Shown: one piece after another, positions 6,641-17,252 of the stretch
How the letters are laid out: each line of letters starts with the position of its first letter
Position numbering within the stretch: position 1 is the first letter of the stretch
Source of the DNA: Candidatus Enterousia sp.
Lineage (GTDB): Bacteria > Pseudomonadota > Alphaproteobacteria > Rs-D84
Direction: 5' to 3'
NCBI GenBank assembly: GCA_045613785.1
Contig: JAZLBQ010000004.1
Span: 1-64,000 of the forward strand
Length of the DNA: 64,000 bases
Made by a program: the position numbers and the translations under genes
The notes under the pieces: model-generated
The model's database searches: none
Told to the model about the DNA's origin: nothing
The model's input: only the letters and a program-made list of their open reading frames with translations

Positions 6641-9301
6641 ATGAGCAATAAATGGGTATATACCTTTGGTAATGGTCAGGCCGAAGGTCAGGCAGATATG
6701 AAGAATCTGCTGGGTGGCAAAGGTGCAAATTTGGCTGAAATGAACTTGGTTGGTTTACCTGTTCCAGCTGGATTTACTGTCACAACAGATGTATGTAAAT
6801 ATTACTATGAAAATGGTCAGACATATCCATCTGATTTGATGGATCAGGTTCGTAGTGGTATTGCACACGTTGAATCGATTATGGGTAAAAAGTTTGCAGA
6901 CTTGGAAAATCCATTATTGGTATCTGTTCGTTCTGGTGCACGTGTATCTATGCCAGGTATGATGGATACAGTTTTGAATCTGGGTTTGAACGATGATACA
7001 GTAAAGGCATTGGCAAAAATTTCTGGTAACGAACGTTTTGCATATGATTCATATCGTCGTTTTATCATGATGTTCAGCGAAGTTGTTATGGGTGCAGATA
7101 TTGATTTGTTCGAACACACTCTGGAACGCATGAAGGAAGACAAGGGCTATAAACTGGACACAGAATTGACCGCTGATGATTTGAAAGACTTGGTTGAAAA
7201 GTTCAAAGAAATCGGTGTTAAAATTGGTAAAGTTTTCCCACAAGATCCATGGAAACAGTTAGAAATGGGGATTGGTGCGGTATTCGGTTCTTGGATGAGC
7301 AAAAAGGCCATCACATATCGTAAACTGAACAATATTCCTGCTGATTGGGGAACCGCTGTAAACGTTCAGGCGATGGTATTTGGTAATTCTGGTGATGATT
7401 CAGCGACAGGTGTATGTTTCAGTCGTGACCCAGCAACCGGTGAAAACAAATATTATGGTGAATACCTGATAAACGCCCAGGGCGAAGACGTTGTGGCTGG
7501 TATTCGCACACCACAGCCTATGAGCAAAGATGACTCTGGTCGTTTGTCTTTGGAAGAAGCAATGCCAGCAGTTTATCAGGAACTGTGTGATGTTCGTGAA
7601 AAATTGGAAAAGCATTACAAAGACATGCAGGATATGGAATTCACAATCGAACATGGAAAATTGTGGATGTTGCAGTGCCGTAACGGTAAACGCACAGCGG
7701 CGGCAGCTGTCCGTATGGCGGTTGAAATGGTTGAAGAGGGCTTGTTGACCAAAGAAGAAGCTATTCTGCGTGTTGGTGCAGATCAACTTGACCATTTGTT
7801 GCACCCAATGTTAGATCCAAAGGCAGAAAAGAAAGTTATTGCGACAGGTTTGCCAGCGTCTCCTGGTGCTGCTGTTGGTCAGGCTGTATTTAACGCCGAA
7901 GATGCGGAAAAGTGGGCGTCTGAAGGTAAAAAGGTAATGTTGATTCGTATCGAAACATCACCAGAAGATATTGCCGGTATGAACGCTGCCCAAGGTGTTA
8001 TTACTGCACGTGGCGGAATGACATCGCACGCAGCGGTTGTAGCACGTGGTATGGGAACACCATGTGTATCTGGTTCACCCGATATTAAAATTGACTATGA
8101 AACAAAAACTTTGAAGACGACATCTGGTGTTGTTATCAACGAAGGCGACTGGATTTCAATTGACGGTGCCAAAGGTCAGATTATCGAAGGTAAAATCCCA
8201 ACAGTATCTGTTGAATTGACAGGTAATTTCGGCACATTGATGGGCTGGGTTGATGAAATCAAGGCATTGACAGTCAAGGCAAATGCAGAAACACCAAAAG
8301 ATGCAAAACAGGCACGTGATTTTGGTGCCGAAGGTATCGGTTTGGCACGCACAGAACACATGTTCTTTGATCCATCTCGTATCCAGGATATGCGTGAAAT
8401 GATTTTGGCCGAAGACGAAGCAGGTCGTCGTGCAGCCTTGGCAAAATTGTTGCCATATCAGAAAGCAGACTTTGTAGAACTGTTCAAGATTATGGACGGT
8501 CTGCCTGTAACAATTCGTTTGATTGACCCACCGCTACACGAATTCTTGCCTCACACAGAAGCGGAAATCGAAGAATTGGCGGCTCACATCGGCAAGTCTG
8601 TAGAATTCATTAAACAGCGTGCTGAACAATTGCATGAACAGAATCCAATGTTGGGTCATCGTGGTTGCCGTTTGGCGATTACATACCCAGAAATCTGTGA
8701 AATGCAAACTCGTGCGATTTTGTCTGCCGCATTGGAAGTCAAAAAAGCAGGTGTTCGTGTATTCCCAGAAATCGAAGTTCCATTGGTTGGTTCGAAAAAA
8801 GAAGTCGATATCGTCAAGGCAGTTATCGATGCCACAGCACAATCATTGTTTGCTGAAACAGGCGAATCTGTTGAATATACAGTTGGTTCAATGATTGAGT
8901 TGCCACGTGCGGCAGTATTGGCAAATGAAATTGCTGAAAGTTGTGAATTCTTTGAATTTGGAACAAACGACTTGACTCAGACAACATTGGGTATGTCACG
9001 TGACGACACAGCCAAGATTTTGGACGAATATCGTGCACGTGGTGTATATGTTGCTGATCCATTTGCATCTGTTGACCAGTTGGGTGTTGGTCTGTTGATA
9101 AAAGATGCGGTCAAGAAAGCACGTGATACCAAGGGCGAACATATCCACCTGGGTGTATGTGGTGAACATGGTGGTGATCCAGAATCTATTATGTTCTTCC
9201 ATCAGGTTGGGTTTAATTCAGTTTCTTGTTCACCATTCCGTGTGCCAATTGCACGCCTTGCGGCGGCACAGGCTGCGGTTAAATACCCACGCAAGAACTA
9301 A
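6641..9301 (+). CDS. ppdK: Pyruvate, phosphate dikinase
   Basis: LLGGKGANLAEM, VSVRSGA..SMPGMMDT, GGMTSHAAVVARG (phospho-His) and CGEHGGDP; RBS AGGAG before ATG 6641. Confidence 0.98.
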   Translation: MSNKWVYTFGNGQAEGQADMKNLLGGKGANLAEMNLVGLPVPAGFTVTTDVCKYYYENGQTYPSDLMDQVRSGIAHVESIMGKKFADLENPLLVSVRSGARVSMPGMMDTVLNLGLNDDTVKALAKISGNERFAYDSYRRFIMMFSEVVMGADIDLFEHTLERMKEDKGYKLDTELTADDLKDLVEKFKEIGVKIGKVFPQDPWKQLEMGIGAVFGSWMSKKAITYRKLNNIPADWGTAVNVQAMVFGNSGDDSATGVCFSRDPATGENKYYGEYLINAQGEDVVAGIRTPQPMSKDDSGRLSLEEAMPAVYQELCDVREKLEKHYKDMQDMEFTIEHGKLWMLQCRNGKRTAAAAVRMAVEMVEEGLLTKEEAILRVGADQLDHLLHPMLDPKAEKKVIATGLPASPGAAVGQAVFNAEDAEKWASEGKKVMLIRIETSPEDIAGMNAAQGVITARGGMTSHAAVVARGMGTPCVSGSPDIKIDYETKTLKTTSGVVINEGDWISIDGAKGQIIEGKIPTVSVELTGNFGTLMGWVDEIKALTVKANAETPKDAKQARDFGAEGIGLARTEHMFFDPSRIQDMREMILAEDEAGRRAALAKLLPYQKADFVELFKIMDGLPVTIRLIDPPLHEFLPHTEAEIEELAAHIGKSVEFIKQRAEQLHEQNPMLGHRGCRLAITYPEICEMQTRAILSAALEVKKAGVRVFPEIEVPLVGSKKEVDIVKAVIDATAQSLFAETGESVEYTVGSMIELPRAAVLANEIAESCEFFEFGTNDLTQTTLGMSRDDTAKILDEYRARGVYVADPFASVDQLGVGLLIKDAVKKARDTKGEHIHLGVCGEHGGDPESIMFFHQVGFNSVSCSPFRVPIARLAAAQAAVKYPRKN

Positions 9302-9307
9302 AAAAAC

Positions 9308-9332
9308 AATCCCCCGTTTGGGGGATTTTTTT
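9308..9332 (+). terminator. Intrinsic terminator
   Basis: AATCCCCC-GTTT-GGGGGATT-TTTTT. Confidence 0.9.
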
Positions 9333-9504
9333 ATTGAATATCTGCTTGATATAATTCTTAAAAATTGCAAATTTTGCCTTGTAATAGTTGTTTACAGACC
9401 TTAAAAAAATTGTTATAATCAAATAAACAAAGGGGTGTATTCTATTCGATGCACCGAACGAAAGGTTGGGTTTCTGGGCGTTTCCAGAACACAGGGAGAG
9501 TTTT

Positions 9505-11715
9505 ATGAAAAGTCAAAAAGTCGCAGATTCTTTCAAGAACGCAGTTGGAACGGTATTCCTGCTGGCGGGTGCGTTTTTTGTTTGTTCGACGTTGTTGTCT
9601 ATGCGTTCTGTCTTGGCAGATCCGATTGCACCAGTATTTGATACGGCTGTGTCCCCACGCACAACGAATTCGACTGCACGAAATTCTGGTCGAACCAGTC
9701 CACGTTATCAACAGACTTCACGTGCAACCGTTGCACGCACGGCTGTAAATCCTACAAATCCACGTTCTGCTGTGACTCCACGTTCTGTTGAATCACGTGC
9801 GGTTGCATCACGTGCGAACGCAAATCGTGCAAACGCTGTTGGGAATCGTAATGTTGTATCACGTCAAACTGCGGCGACAAGTCGTGCGAACGCCGCCGCA
9901 AATCGTGCTGTTCGTGCTCGCGCTGCCACGACCGAGGCTGCAAACAACGCCCGTATTTCATTGCAGGGCAGTGCAATTCGTGGGTCTAAGGCAAATACAT
10001 CGTCGTCATATTCATACCTGAACAATAAATTATACACTGGAAATTATTCGAATATTATTGACTCTTCGACTGGTTTGATTTCATCAGAAGCGTTCAGCAA
10101 CTGTATGGAATCATATTACACCTGTATGGACGAAATTTGCACTGCACGTAATGCCGCTCAGCGTCGTTGTGCGTGTGCCGGTCGTGTAAAAGCATTTGCA
10201 GAGGCTGAAACCGCACTGGAAACAGCAAATGAAGAATTGATTAAGGTTTCAGGTGAATTGGCTTTGTTGATTGCAAACAAGGGTAAAGATGTATCCGAAG
10301 CGTTCCAACTGACCGATGCTGAAAAGGTTATGAACTGCGTTTCCTGGAAAGATGTTACCAGTCAATATGGTGTGTCATCAACCCAGGCTCAAGAATGGTG
10401 CTATAACCACGGTATTTATGGGGCGGATGGTGGCCAGCCTTCTTCCTGTTCGAAGCCATCTTATTGTATGGAAAGTGGAAATACATTTGGCTTTAACGTA
10501 GATAATCTAGATGGCACAGGTTCTGATATCTTGGCGTCATTACAGGCCTGGGCTGATGCCAAGGAACAAACTATAACAATCCTAGACGATGACAAAAATG
10601 GTCTGTTAGGTGCATTTGAAAATTTATCTGGCGTGGTCAGTGGACTGGCTGGTATTGGCGGTGCATTGGATTCGTCTGATGACCTGAAAGATTCATTGGC
10701 GGAAACGTGGGGCTATGAATTGTTTGAATATGCCCACAATAACGTTTGTGCCCGTGTTCTGGATTCTTGCTTTAACGGCATATACGAGGCATGCGGAACG
10801 CCACCATCTGGCACCAAGTGCAGCAATGGTGCGGCCCAATGTCCATATAATTATAACAGCAAGATTTCTGTAAATAATTCTGGCACATATGAATTGAATT
10901 TTGTAAATGCAAACAGTGGTTATACAACATCAAATACTGCAACATGCTTTGGTTATACAACTGCCTCTGGTGATCCGTATTCAACATTGCGTGTTCCTGT
11001 TGCAGATGCCCGTCGCAGTATTATGCAAAAATACGCACTGGACGCAAATGCCGACTGTGATGCGTATGGCGAACAGTTGCGTGCAACAGCCCAGAATATT
11101 GGCTATCAAAAGATTGCAGCACAACAAGCGTTGCAACAAAAGCGTCTGGAATTTGCAAATGATGAACGTGAATCTATCTTGAACGCAGCAATCAATGCAG
11201 GAACACACTTTGATGATTGTGTCAGTGAATTGTATGAATGTTACGAGGCACAATTGCAATCACATGGTCCTGGCCGTGGTGCAACAACATGGACGGTATC
11301 ACGTATCAGAACATATTGTTCCCAGATTGCAAACGTTCCGTCATGCTACGAAGAAATGGTATGTAATCCATCAATGGCACAGTTCCGTGCAGTTATCGAC
11401 AAAGCTGACAGCACATCGTGTTCCAATACCCAGGATTACACAACAAATACATGCCGCAATATCGTAACATTGAACGAATTGTTAAATGGAACAGGTGCAT
11501 CAGCTGAAATGATTGCCACAATCGAGGCTGCTGTTACCGAAGGCGATTTGTATGGCGACAATGCCAAGGCAAATTCAGCTGCCTTGCGTGAATATTGTTT
11601 GCAAGATGCAATCGGTATGAACAAGGGTGGCGATGATATTGCTTTACGAACCTGGTTGAAAGAAGAATGGGATGCAATGCAGGAAGAGTATAACAAGCAA
11701 CAGCAAGAAAACTAA
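9505..11715 (+). CDS. Large secreted or membrane-anchored Cys-rich protein with Arg/Ala/Ser/Thr-rich N-terminal linker
   Basis: N-terminal hydrophobic segment, low-complexity R/A/S/T region, CxxxYxxCMDxxC..RCxC motif; RBS GGAG. Confidence 0.8.
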   Translation: MKSQKVADSFKNAVGTVFLLAGAFFVCSTLLSMRSVLADPIAPVFDTAVSPRTTNSTARNSGRTSPRYQQTSRATVARTAVNPTNPRSAVTPRSVESRAVASRANANRANAVGNRNVVSRQTAATSRANAAANRAVRARAATTEAANNARISLQGSAIRGSKANTSSSYSYLNNKLYTGNYSNIIDSSTGLISSEAFSNCMESYYTCMDEICTARNAAQRRCACAGRVKAFAEAETALETANEELIKVSGELALLIANKGKDVSEAFQLTDAEKVMNCVSWKDVTSQYGVSSTQAQEWCYNHGIYGADGGQPSSCSKPSYCMESGNTFGFNVDNLDGTGSDILASLQAWADAKEQTITILDDDKNGLLGAFENLSGVVSGLAGIGGALDSSDDLKDSLAETWGYELFEYAHNNVCARVLDSCFNGIYEACGTPPSGTKCSNGAAQCPYNYNSKISVNNSGTYELNFVNANSGYTTSNTATCFGYTTASGDPYSTLRVPVADARRSIMQKYALDANADCDAYGEQLRATAQNIGYQKIAAQQALQQKRLEFANDERESILNAAINAGTHFDDCVSELYECYEAQLQSHGPGRGATTWTVSRIRTYCSQIANVPSCYEEMVCNPSMAQFRAVIDKADSTSCSNTQDYTTNTCRNIVTLNELLNGTGASAEMIATIEAAVTEGDLYGDNAKANSAALREYCLQDAIGMNKGGDDIALRTWLKEEWDAMQEEYNKQQQEN

Positions 11716-11743
11716 AAAATTCCCCACGCAAGTGGGGATTTTT
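11714..11743 (+). terminator. Intrinsic terminator
   Basis: TCCCCAC-GCAA-GTGGGGA-TTTTT. Confidence 0.85.
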
Positions 11744-11791
11744 ATTTCAAACTAAATATTTGCAAAGGCCGCAATTTTATCGTAAAATCTA

Positions 11792-13837
11792 ATGGCTATG
11801 AAATTCAAAAAAATCTTACGTATATTTCTAAATATTTTCTTTTGGGCATTTGTTGCAGGGATTGCCTCGCTGGCGGCATTGGTTTTGGTTTATGGTAATG
11901 ATTTGCCAGACTATAAAAAGTTGGCGACCTATGCACCACCGGTTGCAACACGTCTTTATGCGTCTGACGGGTCATTGTTGATTGAATACGCCGAAGAACG
12001 TCGTGTTTTTATCGACTATGCGGATATGCCATCACAGTTGGTCAATGCGTTCATTGCAGCCGAAGATCAAAATTTCTGGACACACCCCGGGATTGATGTC
12101 CAAGGAATAACACGTGCCTTGGCAAATAATGGATTGCGTATGTTGGGGTATAATGCAACATTGTCTGGTGCGTCAACAATAACACAGCAGGTTGCAAAGA
12201 ATTTCTTTTTAACATCTGAACGCACTATTTCCAGAAAAATAAAAGAGGCTATACTTGCCCTACGTCTGGAACGCAGTTTTTCCAAGCAGCATATTTTAAC
12301 GCTGTATATGAACCAGATATTCCTAGGTGCACGTGCATACGGTGTTGGTTCTGCTGCCTTGATGTATTTTAACAAGCCCGTATCAGAATTGACTTTGTCA
12401 GAGTGTGCGTTCCTAGCATCGCTGCCCAAGGCACCAAACAATCGCAGTCGTGCTGTTGAACGTCGTAATTACGTTTTGCGTCGCATGGTCGAAGAAGGTT
12501 ATATCACCCAATCTCAGGCAGATGCCGCTGCTGCCGAAGAATTGAATATCAACAGTGGCTTTACCGCCCAGATGGAAGAAGATTTTCAATACTTTGCCGA
12601 AGATGTTCGCCGTCAGTTGTTGTCAACCCTGGGGCGTGAAACATTGTATAACCAAGGCTTGTATATCAAAACAACCATTGTTCCTGAATTTCAGCGTGCT
12701 GCATCGGCGGCCCTGGCACGTGAACTGGACGCATATAATGCTGGTCGCACCGATAAATTACAAGGTGCAATTATTGCAATGAATCCGCATACTGGGCGAA
12801 TTGTTGCAATGGCAGGCGGTCGCTCTTTCCGTGAAAGTTCATTTAATCGTGCAACCCAGGCATATCGCCAAATTGGTTCTACGATAAAACCGTTTGTTTA
12901 TCTAGCGGCATTGGAACAGGGTTGGACACCTCAGACAATGATATTGGACGCACCGATTGTTGGTTGGCGTGAAAATGACACATTGTGGAAGCCCGAAAAC
13001 TATGACAAGAAATTCTTGGGTGATGTTCCGTTGCGTTTATCACTTGAAACATCACGCAATGTCCCAACAGTTCGCTTGGTCGAACAGATTGGCACAGAAA
13101 ATGCAATTGCCGTTGCCCAGCGTTTTGGTGTATATCCATCAGACATGCGTAATATGAATTTGTCTATGGCACTAGGGTCTGGCGAAACAACACTGGAAAA
13201 ATTAGTTTTAGGTTATTCTGCATTTGTAAATGGTGGTCGCACAATTCAACCACACCTGGTTGATTATATCGAAGACCGCTATGGTCGTGTAATTGACGGA
13301 ACGCCATCTGAAATCATCGAATGGTCTGATGAATTGTTGCCACCTGAAACAGTCGTTGAATCAGAACCGTTATCAGACCCACAAAGTTTATATCAAATGG
13401 TTTCGATTTTGCAGGGTGCGGTTGAACGTGGTACAGGCAAGCAGGCTCGGGTTCCTGGTCATACAATCGCTGGTAAAACAGGCACAACCAACGATGTCAA
13501 AGACGTTTGGTTTGTTGGTTTTTCCAAGAATTTGATTGCGGGTGTGTATCTGGGATTTGATACACCAAAATCCTTGGGGCGTGGTGCAGGCTCGCACATG
13601 GCGGCACGTGTATTCGCAGATTTTATGAAGGTTGCACTTGCAAACGAAAAGAATCAGCCTTTCTCTGTTCCAGATGGTATGACATTTATTCGGGTCAATC
13701 GCCGCAGTGGTGCATCTGCGATTGATGATCCATCTGGTGTGATTATACAAGAGGCATTCAAATCAGGTCAAAAGCCAAATCCTGCCCCGTCAAAAAAGTC
13801 TGCTCAATCCAGTGCCGTTGTTGGCGGTGTATTTTAA
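11792..13837 (+). CDS. mrcA: Penicillin-binding protein 1A (class A PBP)
   Basis: Transglycosylase motifs EDQNFWTHPG, GASTITQQVAK and RKIKE; transpeptidase motifs STIK, SRN and KTG. Confidence 0.95.
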   Translation: MAMKFKKILRIFLNIFFWAFVAGIASLAALVLVYGNDLPDYKKLATYAPPVATRLYASDGSLLIEYAEERRVFIDYADMPSQLVNAFIAAEDQNFWTHPGIDVQGITRALANNGLRMLGYNATLSGASTITQQVAKNFFLTSERTISRKIKEAILALRLERSFSKQHILTLYMNQIFLGARAYGVGSAALMYFNKPVSELTLSECAFLASLPKAPNNRSRAVERRNYVLRRMVEEGYITQSQADAAAAEELNINSGFTAQMEEDFQYFAEDVRRQLLSTLGRETLYNQGLYIKTTIVPEFQRAASAALARELDAYNAGRTDKLQGAIIAMNPHTGRIVAMAGGRSFRESSFNRATQAYRQIGSTIKPFVYLAALEQGWTPQTMILDAPIVGWRENDTLWKPENYDKKFLGDVPLRLSLETSRNVPTVRLVEQIGTENAIAVAQRFGVYPSDMRNMNLSMALGSGETTLEKLVLGYSAFVNGGRTIQPHLVDYIEDRYGRVIDGTPSEIIEWSDELLPPETVVESEPLSDPQSLYQMVSILQGAVERGTGKQARVPGHTIAGKTGTTNDVKDVWFVGFSKNLIAGVYLGFDTPKSLGRGAGSHMAARVFADFMKVALANEKNQPFSVPDGMTFIRVNRRSGASAIDDPSGVIIQEAFKSGQKPNPAPSKKSAQSSAVVGGVF

Positions 13838-13902
13838 TTCATAATACCATTTGTATATCAAATCTTTTGTGATAAAATGTCAGCATAAGGAAAGGATTTT
13901 TT

Positions 13903-14991
13903 ATGCTGACAGACTATTTTTTGAACCAAGGTTATTCATTTTTTGCCAGTGGTTGGACACAATTTGGGGGTGGATTTTTCATTGCTTTTGCATTGATGTT
14001 GATTTTTGGTCGTCCGTTTATCAATGCGATGATATCTGTTCAAAAGAAAGGCCAACCAATCAGTGAAAATGTTCCAACGGCACATTTGAAAAAGGCAGGC
14101 ACGCCAACGATGGGTGGAATTTTGGTTGTTGCATCAATTGTTGTTGCAAGTTTACTGTTTATGCCAATTCATAATCCCACAGGCTGGATTGCACTGGCTG
14201 CTTTGCTGATGTTTGGTGGACTTGGATTTATTGATGATTATAAAAAAGTTTCATCTCAATCGGTCAAGGCATCAAATGGTTTGTCTCCATTGACACGTCT
14301 GATTGTCGAAGGTATTTTTGTCGTTATTCTGGCGTATTTAATAAATAAGACAATGCCACCATATATCCCTGAATATTCATTGGCAATCGGGGCAGGAATA
14401 ATTTTGCCACTGGGATTTTTTTATTATATATTTGCGTATTTTGTAATTTGTGGCAGTGCCAACGCCACCAACATTACCGACGGTCTAGACGGTATGCTGG
14501 CCAAGGTTTTATTGCCTGTCTTGGTTGTTTTAGTTGTTGCACTGTATGGGGCGACACGTATTGGGTTTATGGATACGGTAATGTTCTTGCCAATGGCCAG
14601 TGGTCTGTATGCGGTCTTGGGGGCGGCATTTGGTGCAGTTCTGGGATTTTTGTGGTTTAATGCCAAGCCGGCGGCAATTTTTATGGGTGATGTTGGTTCT
14701 TTGGCATTGGGTGGATTTATCGGGACAGTTGCGATGCTGTTAAAGTCTGAATTGATAATGGGTATTGCTGCTGGAATGATGGTTTTGATTCTGCTGTCAT
14801 CATTTATCCAGACAATGTTTTTCAAGATTACCCGTAAGGTCAGTGGCACAGGTCGTCGAGTATTTTTGCGTGCACCATTGCACCATCATTTCGAAGAATT
14901 AGGCTGGCCAGAAACCAAGATTGTTGAACGCTTTTTTGTGTTGTCAATATTGTTCTCAGGTCTAGCATTGGTTTTGTTGAAATTCGCATAA
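13903..14991 (+). CDS. mraY: Phospho-N-acetylmuramoyl-pentapeptide transferase
   Basis: KAGTPTMGG, GFIDD, NITDGLDG, IFMGDVGS and APLHHHFE. Confidence 0.97.
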   Translation: MLTDYFLNQGYSFFASGWTQFGGGFFIAFALMLIFGRPFINAMISVQKKGQPISENVPTAHLKKAGTPTMGGILVVASIVVASLLFMPIHNPTGWIALAALLMFGGLGFIDDYKKVSSQSVKASNGLSPLTRLIVEGIFVVILAYLINKTMPPYIPEYSLAIGAGIILPLGFFYYIFAYFVICGSANATNITDGLDGMLAKVLLPVLVVLVVALYGATRIGFMDTVMFLPMASGLYAVLGAAFGAVLGFLWFNAKPAAIFMGDVGSLALGGFIGTVAMLLKSELIMGIAAGMMVLILLSSFIQTMFFKITRKVSGTGRRVFLRAPLHHHFEELGWPETKIVERFFVLSILFSGLALVLLKFA

Positions 14992-15006
14992 GGTAAAAAG
15001 AAAGAT

Positions 15007-16158
15007 ATGGCTAAATTTATAACACGCAGTGAAGACAGTAAACTAACTAGTTGGTATTTTGAAATAGACCGCCGCCTGCTGGGGTGTGTTTTGTTGATGA
15101 TTGCATTGTCTGCAATCTTTGTGGTTTCGGCTGGTTCTGTTGCCGCCGAAAGAATCGGTCAGTCATGGTATTTTTATCTGGTCAAGGCAATTCCATTTTA
15201 TTGCTTGGGGTTGGTCTTTTTATTTGGGGCCAGTTTTCTGAACAAGAAATGGGTTTTACGTGTATCTGCTGCTAACTTATTGTTTGGGTTGGCATTGTTG
15301 CCATTGACGGTTGTTGCCCCGCATATCATAAATAATTCTGCCCGATTTGTAGATTTAGGCCCTTTTAACATTATGCCTGCGGATATTATGAAGCCAGGTT
15401 TTATTATTTTAACTGCATATTTCTTGGCCAAGATGAAAGAACGCTATGGCAGCAACATATTCTTTAACAAAGAAGCCTGGCGTTTTGATACCTTGTTCAG
15501 TTGGTCGTATTACTTGGGGTTATTTGCACTGGTTGTGTTTGTGATATTTAACCACCCAGACCTTGGGACGGCAGTGCTGTATTTGCTGGTATTTTCAGCG
15601 ATGGTATTTATTGCAGGTCTGCCGTGGGTTTTGATACCTGCATTTGTAGGTGTTGGACTGTTGATGTTGACCGTTGGTTATTATACATTGGGACATGTTC
15701 ATCGTCGTCTTGATGCGTTCTTTTCTGGACAGGGCGATACATACCAGGTGGATAATTCGATTGATTCAATTCGTCACGGTGGATTGCTTGGCTCTGGTGA
15801 TGATGCGTTTGTAAAGCAATATTTGCCCGACGTTCATACAGACTTTATCTTTGCCGCCATTGCCGAAGATTTAGGGGCAATCCTTGCATGTGGTTTGCTG
15901 ATATTGTTGTTCTTTGTTTTTCGTCGTTTGATAACAAATGCGACTCGTTCTCGTGATTTGTTTGTTCTTTATGCAACAGGTGGCACGGCTGCATTGTTTG
16001 GAACACAAATATGTTTTAATATGCTAACGACGTTAAAAATGTTTGCTCCAAAGGGTATGACACTGCCGTTTATTTCATATGGGGGCAGTTCGCTGTTGGC
16101 GTATTGCTTACTATTTGGAATGATATTGGCACTTGTTCGTGAAGATAAATGGAAATAA
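15007..16158 (+). CDS. ftsW: SEDS family peptidoglycan glycosyltransferase FtsW
   Basis: PDLGT, LPDVHTDFIFA and PKGMTLPFISYGGSS; lies between mraY and murG. Confidence 0.93.
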   Translation: MAKFITRSEDSKLTSWYFEIDRRLLGCVLLMIALSAIFVVSAGSVAAERIGQSWYFYLVKAIPFYCLGLVFLFGASFLNKKWVLRVSAANLLFGLALLPLTVVAPHIINNSARFVDLGPFNIMPADIMKPGFIILTAYFLAKMKERYGSNIFFNKEAWRFDTLFSWSYYLGLFALVVFVIFNHPDLGTAVLYLLVFSAMVFIAGLPWVLIPAFVGVGLLMLTVGYYTLGHVHRRLDAFFSGQGDTYQVDNSIDSIRHGGLLGSGDDAFVKQYLPDVHTDFIFAAIAEDLGAILACGLLILLFFVFRRLITNATRSRDLFVLYATGGTAALFGTQICFNMLTTLKMFAPKGMTLPFISYGGSSLLAYCLLFGMILALVREDKWK

Positions 16159-16175
16159 AGCAAAAGGGGTCTGTT

Positions 16176-17219
16176 ATGAAGATATGGATTGCAACCGGTG
16201 GCACAGGGGGTCATGTTTATCCTGCACTAAGTGTTGCCGAAGAATTATCGTCCCGTGGTCATCGTATAACAATTTCTCATGACGGTCGTGTTCGTGCGAT
16301 GGTTCGTCGTGGTGCACCACGTGGGGCACGTTTTTCATTTGTTTGGGCGTCTGGGGTTGGTGCAAAAAGTCGTCTGAAACAAATCTGGGCATTGACCAAG
16401 ATTGGTGTGTCTGCATCAGCTCTGACGTTACGCTTTTTGGTATCACGCCCAGACCGTGTTGTTGCGTTTGGTGGTTATGCATCAGTGCCTGCTGTTTTTG
16501 CGGCTCATTTGTTGCATATTCCGACCTTTTTGCATGAACAAAATGCAGCTATTGGTCGTGCAAATAAGTTTGCGATGCGCTGGGTAAAAACATTGATGAC
16601 CAGTTTCCCAAATGTTTCTGGAATTCCAAATTCTGGCACGCATGTTGTTTATACAGGTCTGCCAGTTCGTCGTGATTTTATTGAAGCTGCAGGAACGCCA
16701 TTGCCAAATGCGTCAAAAATTTTGGTTACTGGTGGTTCGCTTGGGGCACAAATTCTGGACGAAGTTGTTCCAAACGCAATTATCGCAATGAAAAATAAAA
16801 AGATATTCATCACGCACCAAACACGTCCAGAAAATGTGGAATGCCTGCAAAAGATTTATGCAGACAATAAGATACACGCAAACGTTTTATCTTTTATCCA
16901 CGATATGGCGGGTGCAATTACAGGGGCTGACCTGGTAATTGGTCGCAGTGGTGCCAGCACGGTTGTAGAATTGCAGACGATTGGTCGTCCTGCGATACTT
17001 GTTCCGCTAAACATCAATCCTGACCAGGCTGCCAATGCGGCAAGTTTTGCAAAAAACGGTGGTGGCTTTGCGATAGAGCAGTCCAAGTTTACAGAACGTT
17101 GGTTATCATCAACCTTGACCGATTTGTTTGATAATCCATCACGTTTGGAAAAAATGGCCAGCAAGGCACTTGTTCCAAACAATGCCGTTCATTTGATAGC
17201 GGACGAGATAACGAAATAA
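16176..17219 (+). CDS. murG: UDP-GlcNAc:lipid I GlcNAc transferase
   Basis: GGTGGHVYP, FGGYAS, HEQN, GGSLGA and RSGAST. Confidence 0.97.
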   Translation: MKIWIATGGTGGHVYPALSVAEELSSRGHRITISHDGRVRAMVRRGAPRGARFSFVWASGVGAKSRLKQIWALTKIGVSASALTLRFLVSRPDRVVAFGGYASVPAVFAAHLLHIPTFLHEQNAAIGRANKFAMRWVKTLMTSFPNVSGIPNSGTHVVYTGLPVRRDFIEAAGTPLPNASKILVTGGSLGAQILDEVVPNAIIAMKNKKIFITHQTRPENVECLQKIYADNKIHANVLSFIHDMAGAITGADLVIGRSGASTVVELQTIGRPAILVPLNINPDQAANAASFAKNGGGFAIEQSKFTERWLSSTLTDLFDNPSRLEKMASKALVPNNAVHLIADEITK

Positions 17220-17252
17220 AAAAATCCCCCACAAACGTGGGGATTTTTTTTT
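17218..17252. terminator. Bidirectional terminator between murG and dnaQ
   Basis: A-tract, CCCCAC-AAAC-GTGGGG, T-tract. Confidence 0.85.
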
